Assembly (NCBI GenBank): GCA_963705905.1
Contig: OY970123.1
Coordinates: 774,919 to 838,918 of the forward strand
Source: an uncultured Chloroflexia bacterium
GTDB taxonomy: Bacteria > Chloroflexota > Dehalococcoidia > GIF9 > UBA5629
Direction: 5' to 3'
DNA: 64,000 nt
Shown: one piece after another, positions 29,379-37,938 of the stretch
Position numbering within the stretch: position 1 is the stretch's first letter
Layout: every line of letters starts with the position of its first letter
Notes under the pieces: generated by a model
Databases searched by the model: none
Told to the model about the DNA's origin: nothing
What the model saw: only the letters and a program-made list of their open reading frames with translations
Program-made: the position numbers and the translations under genes

Positions 29379-30614
29379 TTGATCATGGCTCATGATGTAT
29401 TTATCAGCTACTCCAGCAAAGACAAGGTGATAGCCGACGCCGTCTGCGCCAGCCTGGAAGCGCGTAAAATTCGTTGCTGGATCGCACCCAGGGACGTTCT
29501 TCCCGGAGAAGTATATGCCGAAGCTCTCATCGAGAGTCTGAATGAGAGCCGCCTGATGGTGCTGGTCTTCTCCGCCAACTCCAATGAGTCGCCCCAGGTT
29601 ATTAGGGAAGTGGAGCGGGCCGTAAATAAGGGCATCCCCATTATCCCCTTCAGGATCGAGGACGTAATACCTTCCAAGTCTATGGAGTATTTTGTCAGCT
29701 CCTCCCACTGGCTGGACGCTATGACGCCGCCTTTGGAAAAACATTTGGAAAGGCTGGGTGATACGATCCAGTTGTTACTCGATAAGGGACATGAAGCCCT
29801 GCCGCCTACCGAGTTCCATCCACCCACGGCAGCCGCCGCGCAAAAAGCTGCAATTTCGAAAAAGTTGCTGCCGGTTTATATCGTGGGCGGATGCATGCTG
29901 CTGGTTATGGTGGTCGCAGGTACATTGTTCTTTACCGGGCGCCTGGGCAGGCGAACACCCACCGGCGGCTCAGAGCGTATCCCCCCGGTTTCCACCCCGG
30001 CATCACCCAATCCGGCCCCGGTGCAGCCGAATACGCCTAATTCAACCAGGCTGGCAGCGCCTGCCACCGGCCAGGGCTTTCAAGATGACTTCAGCAACGT
30101 AAACAGCGGCTGGACGAGGGTATCGGATGATATTAAGGATAGCGATTATGTAAATGGGCAATTCAGTCTGACGGTCAAGAAACCCGATACCAGGATCGTA
30201 ATAGTTAATAACAACGCCGGTATATATAAGGACATGTCACTGCAAACGGATGCCCGCCTCATGAGCGGGCCTGGCCAGACCCTGTATGGGCTGGTCTTCC
30301 GTCAGAAGGACCTCGACAATTATTATTGCTTCATGGTCACGGGCGACGGCGCCTATACGTTGCAGAAAAGGGTCGGCGGGTTCGTTACTATAATTATCAA
30401 GAAGACGGACTCGGTCAGCGTTAAAAAGGAAACCTCTTTCAATACGCTGGAAGTCATATGCAAAGGCGATCAGATTGAATTGCTGTGCAACGGCAGCCAC
30501 CTGGCAACTACTACGGACAATTCACTCAGTGAAGGCTGGGTAGGCATTGTAGTGAATACGGGAGCTCCACCCGCCAACTCCATATTCGATAACTTCAAAG
30601 TATCTCCGAACTAA
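29379..30614 (+). CDS. TIR-domain membrane protein: N-terminal cytoplasmic TIR, one TM helix, C-terminal LamG/DUF1080-like jelly-roll domain
   Basis: DVFISYSSKDK...WIAPRD...SANSNESPQVIREVERAV is the TIR fold with a conserved Glu. LLPVYIVGGCMLLVMVVAGTLFF is the TM segment. The C-terminal ~180 aa (GWVGIVVNTGAPP..., YGLVFRQKDLDNYY) is concanavalin-like. Confidence 0.75.
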   Translation: MIMAHDVFISYSSKDKVIADAVCASLEARKIRCWIAPRDVLPGEVYAEALIESLNESRLMVLVFSANSNESPQVIREVERAVNKGIPIIPFRIEDVIPSKSMEYFVSSSHWLDAMTPPLEKHLERLGDTIQLLLDKGHEALPPTEFHPPTAAAAQKAAISKKLLPVYIVGGCMLLVMVVAGTLFFTGRLGRRTPTGGSERIPPVSTPASPNPAPVQPNTPNSTRLAAPATGQGFQDDFSNVNSGWTRVSDDIKDSDYVNGQFSLTVKKPDTRIVIVNNNAGIYKDMSLQTDARLMSGPGQTLYGLVFRQKDLDNYYCFMVTGDGAYTLQKRVGGFVTIIIKKTDSVSVKKETSFNTLEVICKGDQIELLCNGSHLATTTDNSLSEGWVGIVVNTGAPPANSIFDNFKVSPN

Positions 30615-32458
30615 GCCCCTGAAGTTCGCCCTTTGCGGTATACGCGGTATCCCGCCCTGGACAGGAACTCGGGGATCGAGCGCACCGGGTCCCGGTCCTT
30701 ATCCTTCTCTTCCTTCGACAGGTCTTCCCATGGAATGAGGGTCGGGCTGATCTTCCCGACATCGTCCTTGACATCGCCGAGCTTCCAGCCCTTCCTCAAC
30801 CTTTCTTCGACAAAGCGCGTGTGCTCCAGCTTAGCCATTTCTTCAACATCCTCGTCGGAGAACTTGATAGGCTGCTGTTCCCACTCGGGCGACATGGCGA
30901 AATCATAGCCGAACTGCCTTAGCTTCGCAGCGATATTTTCAGCCTGGCTCCTGTTGGACTCCCTCAGGTTGGCCGGAAGCTGGTCCCAGGGCACCATAGA
31001 ACGGTTAGTCTCAGGAGCCTCTCCCCTTCTTACTGCATTACGCCTGTATTCATCATGAATAGCGCGTGCCAGTATCTCATTAGTAGAGCCGCCCCAGATC
31101 GACTCAGGTGTGCATGTCCTCTCGAGCAGCGGGAAGACGCACAGGTTACCCATGTTGTCCTGCCTATCGCCGCCGATGGAGATTAGGGCGGCCAGCCCCA
31201 TGTCCATATTCATCCTCACTATAACCGGCACACTGAGCTCGCCGATCTTCTTGTTCAGCATGAGGGCTGCGTTCAGCGCCTGCGATTCGTCGCCAGTACA
31301 CACGTAGATGATACTGGCCCGGCACCGGCCGTCCTTCTCAAAAAGGAAATCTCCGCGTTCGAATTCAGGGGAACTCATATCCATATCCAGCGCCGTAAGC
31401 TCACAGGCACTCTCAAGCTTGGGATACCTGAGGCTGAGCGACTGCTTCCGGCTGTTTGCCTTCAAGTCGACCATGGTGATGCGCAGGCGCTGCGCCCCGT
31501 CGCTGCGGGTGCCCCACCTGCGGGCGGCATTGACCACCAGGCTCTCCCCCATGCGGCCGATGCCGATCACTAATATGTGCGGCGTTTCTCCCTTCGCTCC
31601 AGGCAGGTCGAACGGGTATTCATACAGCAGCTCGCGTGCACCGCTTTCGTAGACGTTGAAGAAGCCCAGCCTGAAGGCGTCGATGATCCCCATGCGTATC
31701 TCGCGCTCCCTGAGGAAGCTCCAGAGCTGCAGGTCTACGATATGCGCCAGGCACGAAAGCGTCCTGGTAGTGTCCTCCGCCACCAGCTCGCGGGAGTAGA
31801 GGGCGACCTCGGCGTTGGTGCTGTCTTCCCCACACACCGAGATAACGCTCTTTGCAAAATGCACCCTGGCTTTGCGCAGGAGCTGAATATTGGCGGCCTT
31901 GCCCATCAGAACGATGACACCCTGGTCTTTGCAGTGCGTTATCATCGGGTTATTGGCGTCGCTTTCTATGACCACCACTCGCTCGCCCATCGCCCTGTAA
32001 CGGTCGGCAAGCAGCAGGCCCTTCTGCCCCAGCCCGCAGATGATGATATGGTCCTTCGTCATCCTCAACCTCAGCAGTTGGACCTGGTCGCGGAAGATGC
32101 TGATCAGGGCCTCGAAGGCTATGTAGAGTGCGGCTGCCGCCGCCAGTATCCTGGCTATCTGTAGTTCAACAGGTACCGTACCGGGAAGAGGGGTGGAGGC
32201 GGGGTTGAGCAGCCGCAGGGTGTAATAGAAATTGTCCCAGAAGGAGCTCGGCTGGCCGGCGGCCGCAAAATACTTGGCGTGTCCGATGAAGCCCAGCACC
32301 ATGGCGGCGGCCAGCATGAGGCCTGCAAGTGGCAGCCTGTAATCAACCACCCACTGCGTTATCTTCTCGATCAAAGGCGGCTTGGCTGCGGCGCCAGTTT
32401 TGAGCACTTTCCCCTTGTTTCCCGTTTGAGTGCCGTTGCTTTCCATCTTGTGGTCCAC
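30611..32458 (-). CDS. membrane protein with 2 TM helices and a degenerate pore-helix-like segment, two TrkA-N/RCK Rossmann domains and two C-terminal RyR (ryanodine-receptor) repeats
   Basis: TMs at ~40-60 and ~105-125 flank SFWDNFYYTLRLL. NAD-binding-type folds: IIICGLGQKGLLLADRYRAMGERVVVIESD and HILVIGIGRMGESLV. RyR repeats: ILARAIHDEYRRNAVRRGEAP...VPWDQLPANLRESNRSQAE and EEMAKLEHTRFVEERLRKGWKLGD...IPWEDLSKEEKDKDRD. Confidence 0.65.
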   Translation of the reverse strand: MDHKMESNGTQTGNKGKVLKTGAAAKPPLIEKITQWVVDYRLPLAGLMLAAAMVLGFIGHAKYFAAAGQPSSFWDNFYYTLRLLNPASTPLPGTVPVELQIARILAAAAALYIAFEALISIFRDQVQLLRLRMTKDHIIICGLGQKGLLLADRYRAMGERVVVIESDANNPMITHCKDQGVIVLMGKAANIQLLRKARVHFAKSVISVCGEDSTNAEVALYSRELVAEDTTRTLSCLAHIVDLQLWSFLREREIRMGIIDAFRLGFFNVYESGARELLYEYPFDLPGAKGETPHILVIGIGRMGESLVVNAARRWGTRSDGAQRLRITMVDLKANSRKQSLSLRYPKLESACELTALDMDMSSPEFERGDFLFEKDGRCRASIIYVCTGDESQALNAALMLNKKIGELSVPVIVRMNMDMGLAALISIGGDRQDNMGNLCVFPLLERTCTPESIWGGSTNEILARAIHDEYRRNAVRRGEAPETNRSMVPWDQLPANLRESNRSQAENIAAKLRQFGYDFAMSPEWEQQPIKFSDEDVEEMAKLEHTRFVEERLRKGWKLGDVKDDVGKISPTLIPWEDLSKEEKDKDRDPVRSIPEFLSRAGYRVYRKGRTSGA

Positions 32459-32619
32459 CTCTAAATTTATATCCTGCCTGCGCTGATTGTATCACTTATC
32501 CCAAGGGATTTGTTAGAGTGCGGGCCCTTGCGGGCAACGTCCAGGGGAAGCTTATTTTTTTACCCGGGCCATAAACTTTGAGCACGGATTGAGCGTTACC
32601 CATATAAAAGGAGGTACAG

Positions 32620-32760
32620 ATGCAAGCATATTGCGTAAAATGCCGCAAAAAGCGGGAGATGAACAATCCCAGGAACGTCAAAATGAAGAATGGCAAACCT
32701 GCCACTCAGGGGGTCTGCCCGGTCTGCGGAACCAAAATGTTCCGCATCGGTAAGGGTTAG
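32620..32760 (+). CDS. DUF5679 zinc-ribbon mini-protein (46 aa), second copy
   Basis: MQAYCVKCRKKREMNNPRNVKMKNGKPATQGVCPVCGTKMFRIGKG, with an aaaggaggt RBS. Absent from the ORF track. Confidence 0.75.
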   Translation: MQAYCVKCRKKREMNNPRNVKMKNGKPATQGVCPVCGTKMFRIGKG

Positions 32761-32781
32761 CACTCGAGGGTATTCTGCCTG

Positions 32782-32814
32782 AAAAGCCGGGCCCGCAGAC
32801 GCCCGGCTTTTTTC
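32782..32814. terminator. bidirectional intrinsic terminator
   Basis: gaaaa-gccgggc-ccgcagac-gcccggc-tttttt, between the DUF5679 gene (+) and the SDR gene (-). Confidence 0.6.
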
Positions 32815-32829
32815 TTTGTCTAAAACCGG

Positions 32830-33600
32830 TTAATCGGAGGTCGCCATTTTGGCCAGGACCTTTTCCCTCACGAATTGCGGCAAGACCCTGCCGGCTATAA
32901 CCATGTTTCTCATTAAAGGAGGAAACAAATATTCCTTAGTCTCGTTTTTCAGGCCTTTTAAGATATACCCGGCGGCCTGTTCCAGGGTCATGGTAAGAGA
33001 CTTAGGGATGCCGCGCTGTTTATTCCTCTCGGTAACGACAAATCCGGGACAAAGCGTCAGCACCCTTATGTTGTACGGCTTCAACTCGATCCTGGCAGTA
33101 TCCAGGAATATGCGGCAGGCAGCCTTGGCGGCAGAATACTGCCCCTGAGTGGGAAGGCCCTGGAACCCCGCCAGCGAGTTGGTATTGGCTATGATCCCGC
33201 CGCCCTCCTGCGTCTTCATCTGTCGCACCAGCGGGCAGAAGAAATTGATCATGGAATCGTAGTTAACGCGCATGTTTTGCTTTATATCCGCCGGCATGGC
33301 GCTGGCGATATGGAGCGAAGGCCCTACGCCGATATTTAGCAGGGCAATATCTATACGGCCGAAGCGTTCGACAGCCTGTTGAACTGCCCCGGCCGCCTGC
33401 CCCTCATCCAGAGCGTCCCCTACAACAGCCAGGGCTTCGCTGCCGTTCTTTTGTATTCTGTCCGCTACATCCGATAGAAGCTCCTGGCGGCGGGCGACGA
33501 TTATGATGCTGTTATGTTTCCGGCTGAGGGCCAGCGCCACCGCTTTGCCGATACCCGACGAAGCCCCGGTGATCAAGATTACCTTGCCTTCTAAATCCAT
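32830..33600 (-). CDS. short-chain dehydrogenase/reductase (SDR)
   Basis: TGASSGIGKAVA Rossmann motif, and a YSAAK active site. I chose the start at MDLEGK, which has a taggagggg RBS; the upstream ATG at 33639 lacks an RBS. Confidence 0.85.
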   Translation of the reverse strand: MDLEGKVILITGASSGIGKAVALALSRKHNSIIIVARRQELLSDVADRIQKNGSEALAVVGDALDEGQAAGAVQQAVERFGRIDIALLNIGVGPSLHIASAMPADIKQNMRVNYDSMINFFCPLVRQMKTQEGGGIIANTNSLAGFQGLPTQGQYSAAKAACRIFLDTARIELKPYNIRVLTLCPGFVVTERNKQRGIPKSLTMTLEQAAGYILKGLKNETKEYLFPPLMRNMVIAGRVLPQFVREKVLAKMATSD

Positions 33601-33633
33601 GGCAGCCCCTCCTAAATAGGACTTTATTAACAC

Positions 33634-33746
33634 TGTCATTGCGAGGAGTCCCGACGAAATCGGGACGACGTGGCAATCTCATTGGACAATGTCTAGCAAC
33701 CGCCTTCGTACAAAGGATTGCTTCGCTTCCCTCGCAATGACGTATT
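33634..33746. repeat. nested palindromic intergenic element (GTCATTGCGAGG ... CCTCGCAATGAC termini)
   Basis: Terminal 12-bp inverted repeats. Internal hairpin gtcccgacgaaatcgggac. GCAATC / GATTGC arms. Related copies occur at 44733-44890. Confidence 0.5.
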
Positions 33747-33874
33747 CAATAAGTATATATTTGCAGTCCATTATACTATTAATCATTAGCAGTGCTCTCA
33801 GACAAAGCCTGTTATAATAAATGCGGTTCCTTCCGCAAAAATTCACTATTACCTTTCTTTAACGGAGGTTAAAC

Positions 33875-34927
33875 ATGAAAGTACTGGCTTTGAATTCGAG
33901 CCCCCGGGTAAAAGGGCAGAGCAAGACCGAGCTCATGCTCTCACATCTGGTCAAAGGCATGAAAGAGGCGGGGGCAGAGGTCGAGGTAGTCGACCTGCGC
34001 AAGAAAAAGATCAATTACTGTAAAGGCTGCTATACCTGCTGGACCAAGACGCCCGGCGTATGCGTGCATAAAGACGACATGGCGCTGGAACTGTATCCCA
34101 AATGGCTGGCGTCGGACATAGTAGTCTATGCTTCACCGCTTTACTATTACGGCATAAACGCCGAGATGAAGGCCTTCGTCGAACGCACGCTTCCCATACT
34201 TATCCCTTATCTAAAGCGCGGTAAGGACAGGACCGGTCATCCTTTGCGCAGCAAATTCCCGCAATCAGTCGTGGTATCGGTGGCCGGCTTCCCCGACGAT
34301 TCGGTCTTCGAAGCGCTCAGGTACTGGAGCAAGACGGTCTTCGGTAGCTCAGGCGGCCTGCTGGCCGAGATCTACCGTCCGGCCGCAGAATCCATGGTCT
34401 ATTCCGGCAAAAGGGACATTATCCTCGATGCAGTGGAGCAGGCCGGTAAAGAATTGATTCGGGACAAGAAAGTTTCTCCAGCAACCATGGCGGTTATCAC
34501 ACAGCCGGTTGCCGATCCTGATGTTATCGCCGACATCGCCAATATCGCCTGGCAGCCCATGATAGACGCCGCTATGACTCCCGCCGAGATGCAGAAAAAG
34601 GGCGGTCCCGAGTTCAGGCCTGACTCTCCTCAGATTCTGCTCGCTTTGATGTCATTCGCATTCAACCCGCTCAAGGCCAACGGCAAGAGCGGCGTGCTGC
34701 AGTTCAAATTCACAGGCCAGCAGGGCGGCGAAGGCTACCTTACTATCAGCAATGGCAATTGTTCCCGGCACATTGGCCTGGCTGAGAAGGCCGACTGCAC
34801 GGTGGAGGGTCCCTTCGAAGTCTGGGCCGATATAGTCCAGGGCAAGGCCGATGGAGCCAAGATGGCCATGGAGGGCAAGTATAAGGCCCAGGGCGATATA
34901 TCCCTGCTTATGACCTTCGGACAGTAA
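33875..34927 (+). CDS. iron-sulfur flavoprotein (Isf)-like NADPH-dependent FMN reductase fused to a C-terminal SCP2 sterol-carrier domain
   Basis: Flavodoxin-like N-terminus with the compact cluster motif CKGCYTCWTKTPGVC (Cx2Cx2Cx5C). The C-terminal ~110 aa is SCP2-like (LQFKFTGQQGGEGYLTISNG...). Confidence 0.65.
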   Translation: MKVLALNSSPRVKGQSKTELMLSHLVKGMKEAGAEVEVVDLRKKKINYCKGCYTCWTKTPGVCVHKDDMALELYPKWLASDIVVYASPLYYYGINAEMKAFVERTLPILIPYLKRGKDRTGHPLRSKFPQSVVVSVAGFPDDSVFEALRYWSKTVFGSSGGLLAEIYRPAAESMVYSGKRDIILDAVEQAGKELIRDKKVSPATMAVITQPVADPDVIADIANIAWQPMIDAAMTPAEMQKKGGPEFRPDSPQILLALMSFAFNPLKANGKSGVLQFKFTGQQGGEGYLTISNGNCSRHIGLAEKADCTVEGPFEVWADIVQGKADGAKMAMEGKYKAQGDISLLMTFGQ

Positions 34928-34961
34928 AAATTCACTCTTTCTTTATTGTGAGGTAACAGAG

Positions 34962-35339
34962 ATGGAGAAAAAGGCGCACGTAGTTGAGTTCCTGGCGAGG
35001 AAAGGCCCCTACTCCCACGCAGTTGAGGCCGGAGGACTTATTTTCCTCTCCGGCATGCTTCCTATTGATGTAGAAAAGAATATTCAGATCATGGATAATG
35101 TCGGCAAAGCGACAGAGCTCTGCCTGAGCAATATCAAGCGGCTGCTCGAACAGCTGGGCAGCGACATGGGCAGGATGGTCAAGGTAACCGTCTTCCTTAA
35201 AGACATGGCCTCTTTCGACGAAATGAACGGGATTTATAAGACCTTTTTCACCGAAAAGCCGCCCGCCCGTACGTGTGTAGCCGTCAAAGACCTGCCGGGC
35301 GGCTTCCCCATCGAGATCGAGGCTGTTGCCATTAAATAA
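34962..35339 (+). CDS. RidA/YjgF family reactive-intermediate deaminase
   Basis: PYSHAVEAGGLIFLSGMLPID ... ARTCVAVKDLPGGFPIEIEAVA. Confidence 0.85.
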   Translation: MEKKAHVVEFLARKGPYSHAVEAGGLIFLSGMLPIDVEKNIQIMDNVGKATELCLSNIKRLLEQLGSDMGRMVKVTVFLKDMASFDEMNGIYKTFFTEKPPARTCVAVKDLPGGFPIEIEAVAIK

Positions 35340-35357
35340 ATCTGTGAATACAGGAGG

Positions 35358-35801
35358 TTGAAGGCCGTGCCAGATAATTTAATTGACCAGTTCAAAGTTA
35401 AGGCCATAGACCAGGTCAGCTATGCAGTTAAAGATATCGATAAAACGGTTGAGGCATGGTCGAGACTCTATGGCATGGGGCCCTGGACTTACCGCGAGAA
35501 CGGCGGCCTGGATGTAAAGGGCCGGCCCTGGAAAATAAAGATGGCCTTTACACAGGTAGGGCCGTTGGAAGTCGAGCTCGTTCAGTGTCTTGAAGGCCGT
35601 ATATTCCAGTCTCGCTTTCTGGACACCTGGGGTGAGGGAGTGCATCACATCGGTTTCAAGGTGGACGACGTGGATAAAGTGGTCAAAACCCTGGTCGCCC
35701 AGGGCGCCCGACTCTTCATCCATGATCCCGGCCGTTTCGCCTACCTCGACGCGGGGGGACCCGGCGGCGCCATCTTCGAATTGATTCAAAGATCGCACTA
35801 G
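35358..35801 (+). CDS. VOC (glyoxalase/bleomycin-resistance/dioxygenase) family protein
   Basis: Paired beta-alpha-beta-beta-beta modules with metal-site His/Glu (VSYAVKD, HHIGFKVDD, ...FELIQ). Confidence 0.75.
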   Translation: MKAVPDNLIDQFKVKAIDQVSYAVKDIDKTVEAWSRLYGMGPWTYRENGGLDVKGRPWKIKMAFTQVGPLEVELVQCLEGRIFQSRFLDTWGEGVHHIGFKVDDVDKVVKTLVAQGARLFIHDPGRFAYLDAGGPGGAIFELIQRSH

Positions 35802-35839
35802 TCAGCGAACAGGAGCAACCGTCTAACCGGGTGGTCCGT

Positions 35840-37384
35840 TTAACGGAAGACCGGCGGCAGAAGCTGCAGATAGTCCTTTCCGGTTATAGAACCGGCGCAG
35901 ATGAACCCTGAGTGAACGGCGGCTTCGATGCCGCCTTCGTTAATCCGCTTGCCGTATGTGTCTCCGGCAAAATACAGGCCGTCCACAGTGGGGCATTTCA
36001 CGTCTACCCATTCATCCTCGGGGTGCCGCCATAGTATACAGGTATCCCCGACGGTAAACAGCTTGAAATCAAGTGCTTTTCTCCAGCCCTGGAAGGCGGT
36101 GTCGGCAAACTTCAACATCCTGTCGATGACTATATCCACTTTCTTCTTATCATGCGCTTCGTCGGCCAGGATGCTGCTGGCCATGCCAAGGAGGTGCTTG
36201 CCTTCAGGGGCGCTGGTGGGCGCAATGGTGGACATGGATACTATATCCAGCGGGACATTGCCACTGAACAGCCCTTCGCTCTCGGGAATCAACATGGAAG
36301 TATGGTAGAAGGACCTGGGGTCCACTTCGAGCGCACAGAAATCGCTTACGGGCCTGGTCATGCCGAACTGGGCGGCGACCATAGAAGTATGTATTATCCT
36401 CTTGGTCAACCTGACAAATTCCGCCGGCAGAACGCTCTCCGGCAATAGTTTAAGCAGAGCTTTGGGCGGCGCAGTGCAGACAACCACAGGCGCTTTTATT
36501 TCCACGGTTTTGCCGTCGATTTCAGCCACAACTCCTTCCGTCTTTCCGTTACGTATGAGGACCTCTTTAACCGCGGCATCCGTGACTATATCGCCACCGC
36601 GGTCCGTGACCGCAGAGGCAAAACCTTCCGTGATAAAACGATGGCCGGGCGCTCCGGCGAAACCCCAGGAACCATTGGTTATATGCACACCGGTTTCCTG
36701 AACCTGTAAAAATACCTTCAGGTTTTCTCCGGCCGCGTTCATGGCCGGGTCGTTGATTATGGTCTGGAAAGTCCCGATGGCGTAGTGGAATTCCTGCGCG
36801 AGCTCATTCCCGGTTATGCCCTCCACCCAATCTTTGAGGGTCACATGGTCCAATTTCTCGGCTTCAGCTATGGTGCGTACCTGAAGCTTGCCTTTATGCA
36901 CATTGACCATCTCGGCGAAATCTTCGTCGCTCATCCAGCCATACTTGCCTTTCCTGCTTATTATGTAAGGTTTCCAGTCGTGGTCATACCAGACAAAGCC
37001 CACACTGGGGTAGAAAATAGAAGCCTTGTTAAACAGCGCCAGGGCCTGGCTCACACGTCCCCGGTTGGTAAACCAGGCGCCCCTGCCGCCGGCTTCGAAG
37101 ACATACCCGTCAAGCATCTTTTTCTTTATCAGCACGGGCAGGGCGGGCTCTGTCCTGTCGCTTACCCACGAGTGAGCGGCCAGCGCAAGCGTACGGCGAA
37201 ACTGGTCAGCATCCTTGATGCCTTCCCCGCGGAATGACGTGGCGCGGCCCCCGATCTGGGGCGCAGCCTCCAGGACAAGGACTTTCTTGCGTTCCTTACC
37301 TGATAGTATGGCGCCGACAACCGACCCGGCTATCCCGCAGCCAACTACTATAACATCATAGCTATCTGAGATTTTGACAGGCAT
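35840..37384 (-). CDS. FAD-dependent oxidoreductase (phytoene-desaturase/amine-oxidase-like)
   Basis: DVIVVGCGIAGSVVGAIL dinucleotide-binding motif. I placed the start at MPVKIS, which has a ggagggg RBS. The ORF track extends it upstream of that. Confidence 0.75.
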   Translation of the reverse strand: MPVKISDSYDVIVVGCGIAGSVVGAILSGKERKKVLVLEAAPQIGGRATSFRGEGIKDADQFRRTLALAAHSWVSDRTEPALPVLIKKKMLDGYVFEAGGRGAWFTNRGRVSQALALFNKASIFYPSVGFVWYDHDWKPYIISRKGKYGWMSDEDFAEMVNVHKGKLQVRTIAEAEKLDHVTLKDWVEGITGNELAQEFHYAIGTFQTIINDPAMNAAGENLKVFLQVQETGVHITNGSWGFAGAPGHRFITEGFASAVTDRGGDIVTDAAVKEVLIRNGKTEGVVAEIDGKTVEIKAPVVVCTAPPKALLKLLPESVLPAEFVRLTKRIIHTSMVAAQFGMTRPVSDFCALEVDPRSFYHTSMLIPESEGLFSGNVPLDIVSMSTIAPTSAPEGKHLLGMASSILADEAHDKKKVDIVIDRMLKFADTAFQGWRKALDFKLFTVGDTCILWRHPEDEWVDVKCPTVDGLYFAGDTYGKRINEGGIEAAVHSGFICAGSITGKDYLQLLPPVFR

Positions 37385-37488
37385 TTTCCCCCTCCTTGCA
37401 TCATACAGGATGTTAACTATCATACCACACATATTTCACCGTTGCGGTAAAATGAAAGCCGGTTTTCATATTTAATTCAGGAGGTTAT

Positions 37489-37938
37489 ATGATTCGACAA
37501 TTTGTTGCTGAGAACGCAAGGGAACGGGAAAGACTCCGCAACCTCGTAAATAAAATAACTGATGAGGAGTTAATGCTTACTCTTAATATCGAAGGGTGGA
37601 CGGTTGCGGCAGCCTTAGCACATTTAGCATTCTGGGATGATCGACGGCTGGTCCTTGTCCGGAAATGGAAGACACAGGGCATTACAACGTCGCCTATTGA
37701 TGCAGATATTACTAATGATGCGCTGGTCCGATTATTATTGGCAATCCCCCCAAGAAAAGCAGCCAACCTGTCAATACTCGCGTCTGAAGCACTCGATAAG
37801 GAATTGGAAGAAGCCTCTCCCGATCTGATAGCGGCAATCGAGGCCCTGGGAGATAGTCATGCTTTAAACCGGTCCATACACCGTAAGATGCATCTAGATG
37901 AAATTGAAGCCTTACTGAGAACTAAAGGTTCACGGTGA
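37489..37938 (+). CDS. DinB/YfiT-like four-helix-bundle protein (candidate thiol-dependent transferase family)
   Basis: EGWTVAAALAHLAFWD resembles the DinB_2 first-helix GWT..HL motif. His residues recur in later helices (IHRKMHLDE). aggaggt RBS. Confidence 0.45.
   Translation: MIRQFVAENARERERLRNLVNKITDEELMLTLNIEGWTVAAALAHLAFWDDRRLVLVRKWKTQGITTSPIDADITNDALVRLLLAIPPRKAANLSILASEALDKELEEASPDLIAAIEALGDSHALNRSIHRKMHLDEIEALLRTKGSR

Noticed and set aside
31577-32164. 195-aa plus-strand ORF
   Set aside because: Antisense to the TrkA-N/RyR membrane protein gene; Arg/Ala-rich shadow translation.
37385-37488. ATGAAAGCCGGTTTTCAT near-palindrome upstream of the DinB-like gene, as a candidate operator
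   Set aside because: A single imperfect 6-bp-arm palindrome is too weak to call without supporting copies.
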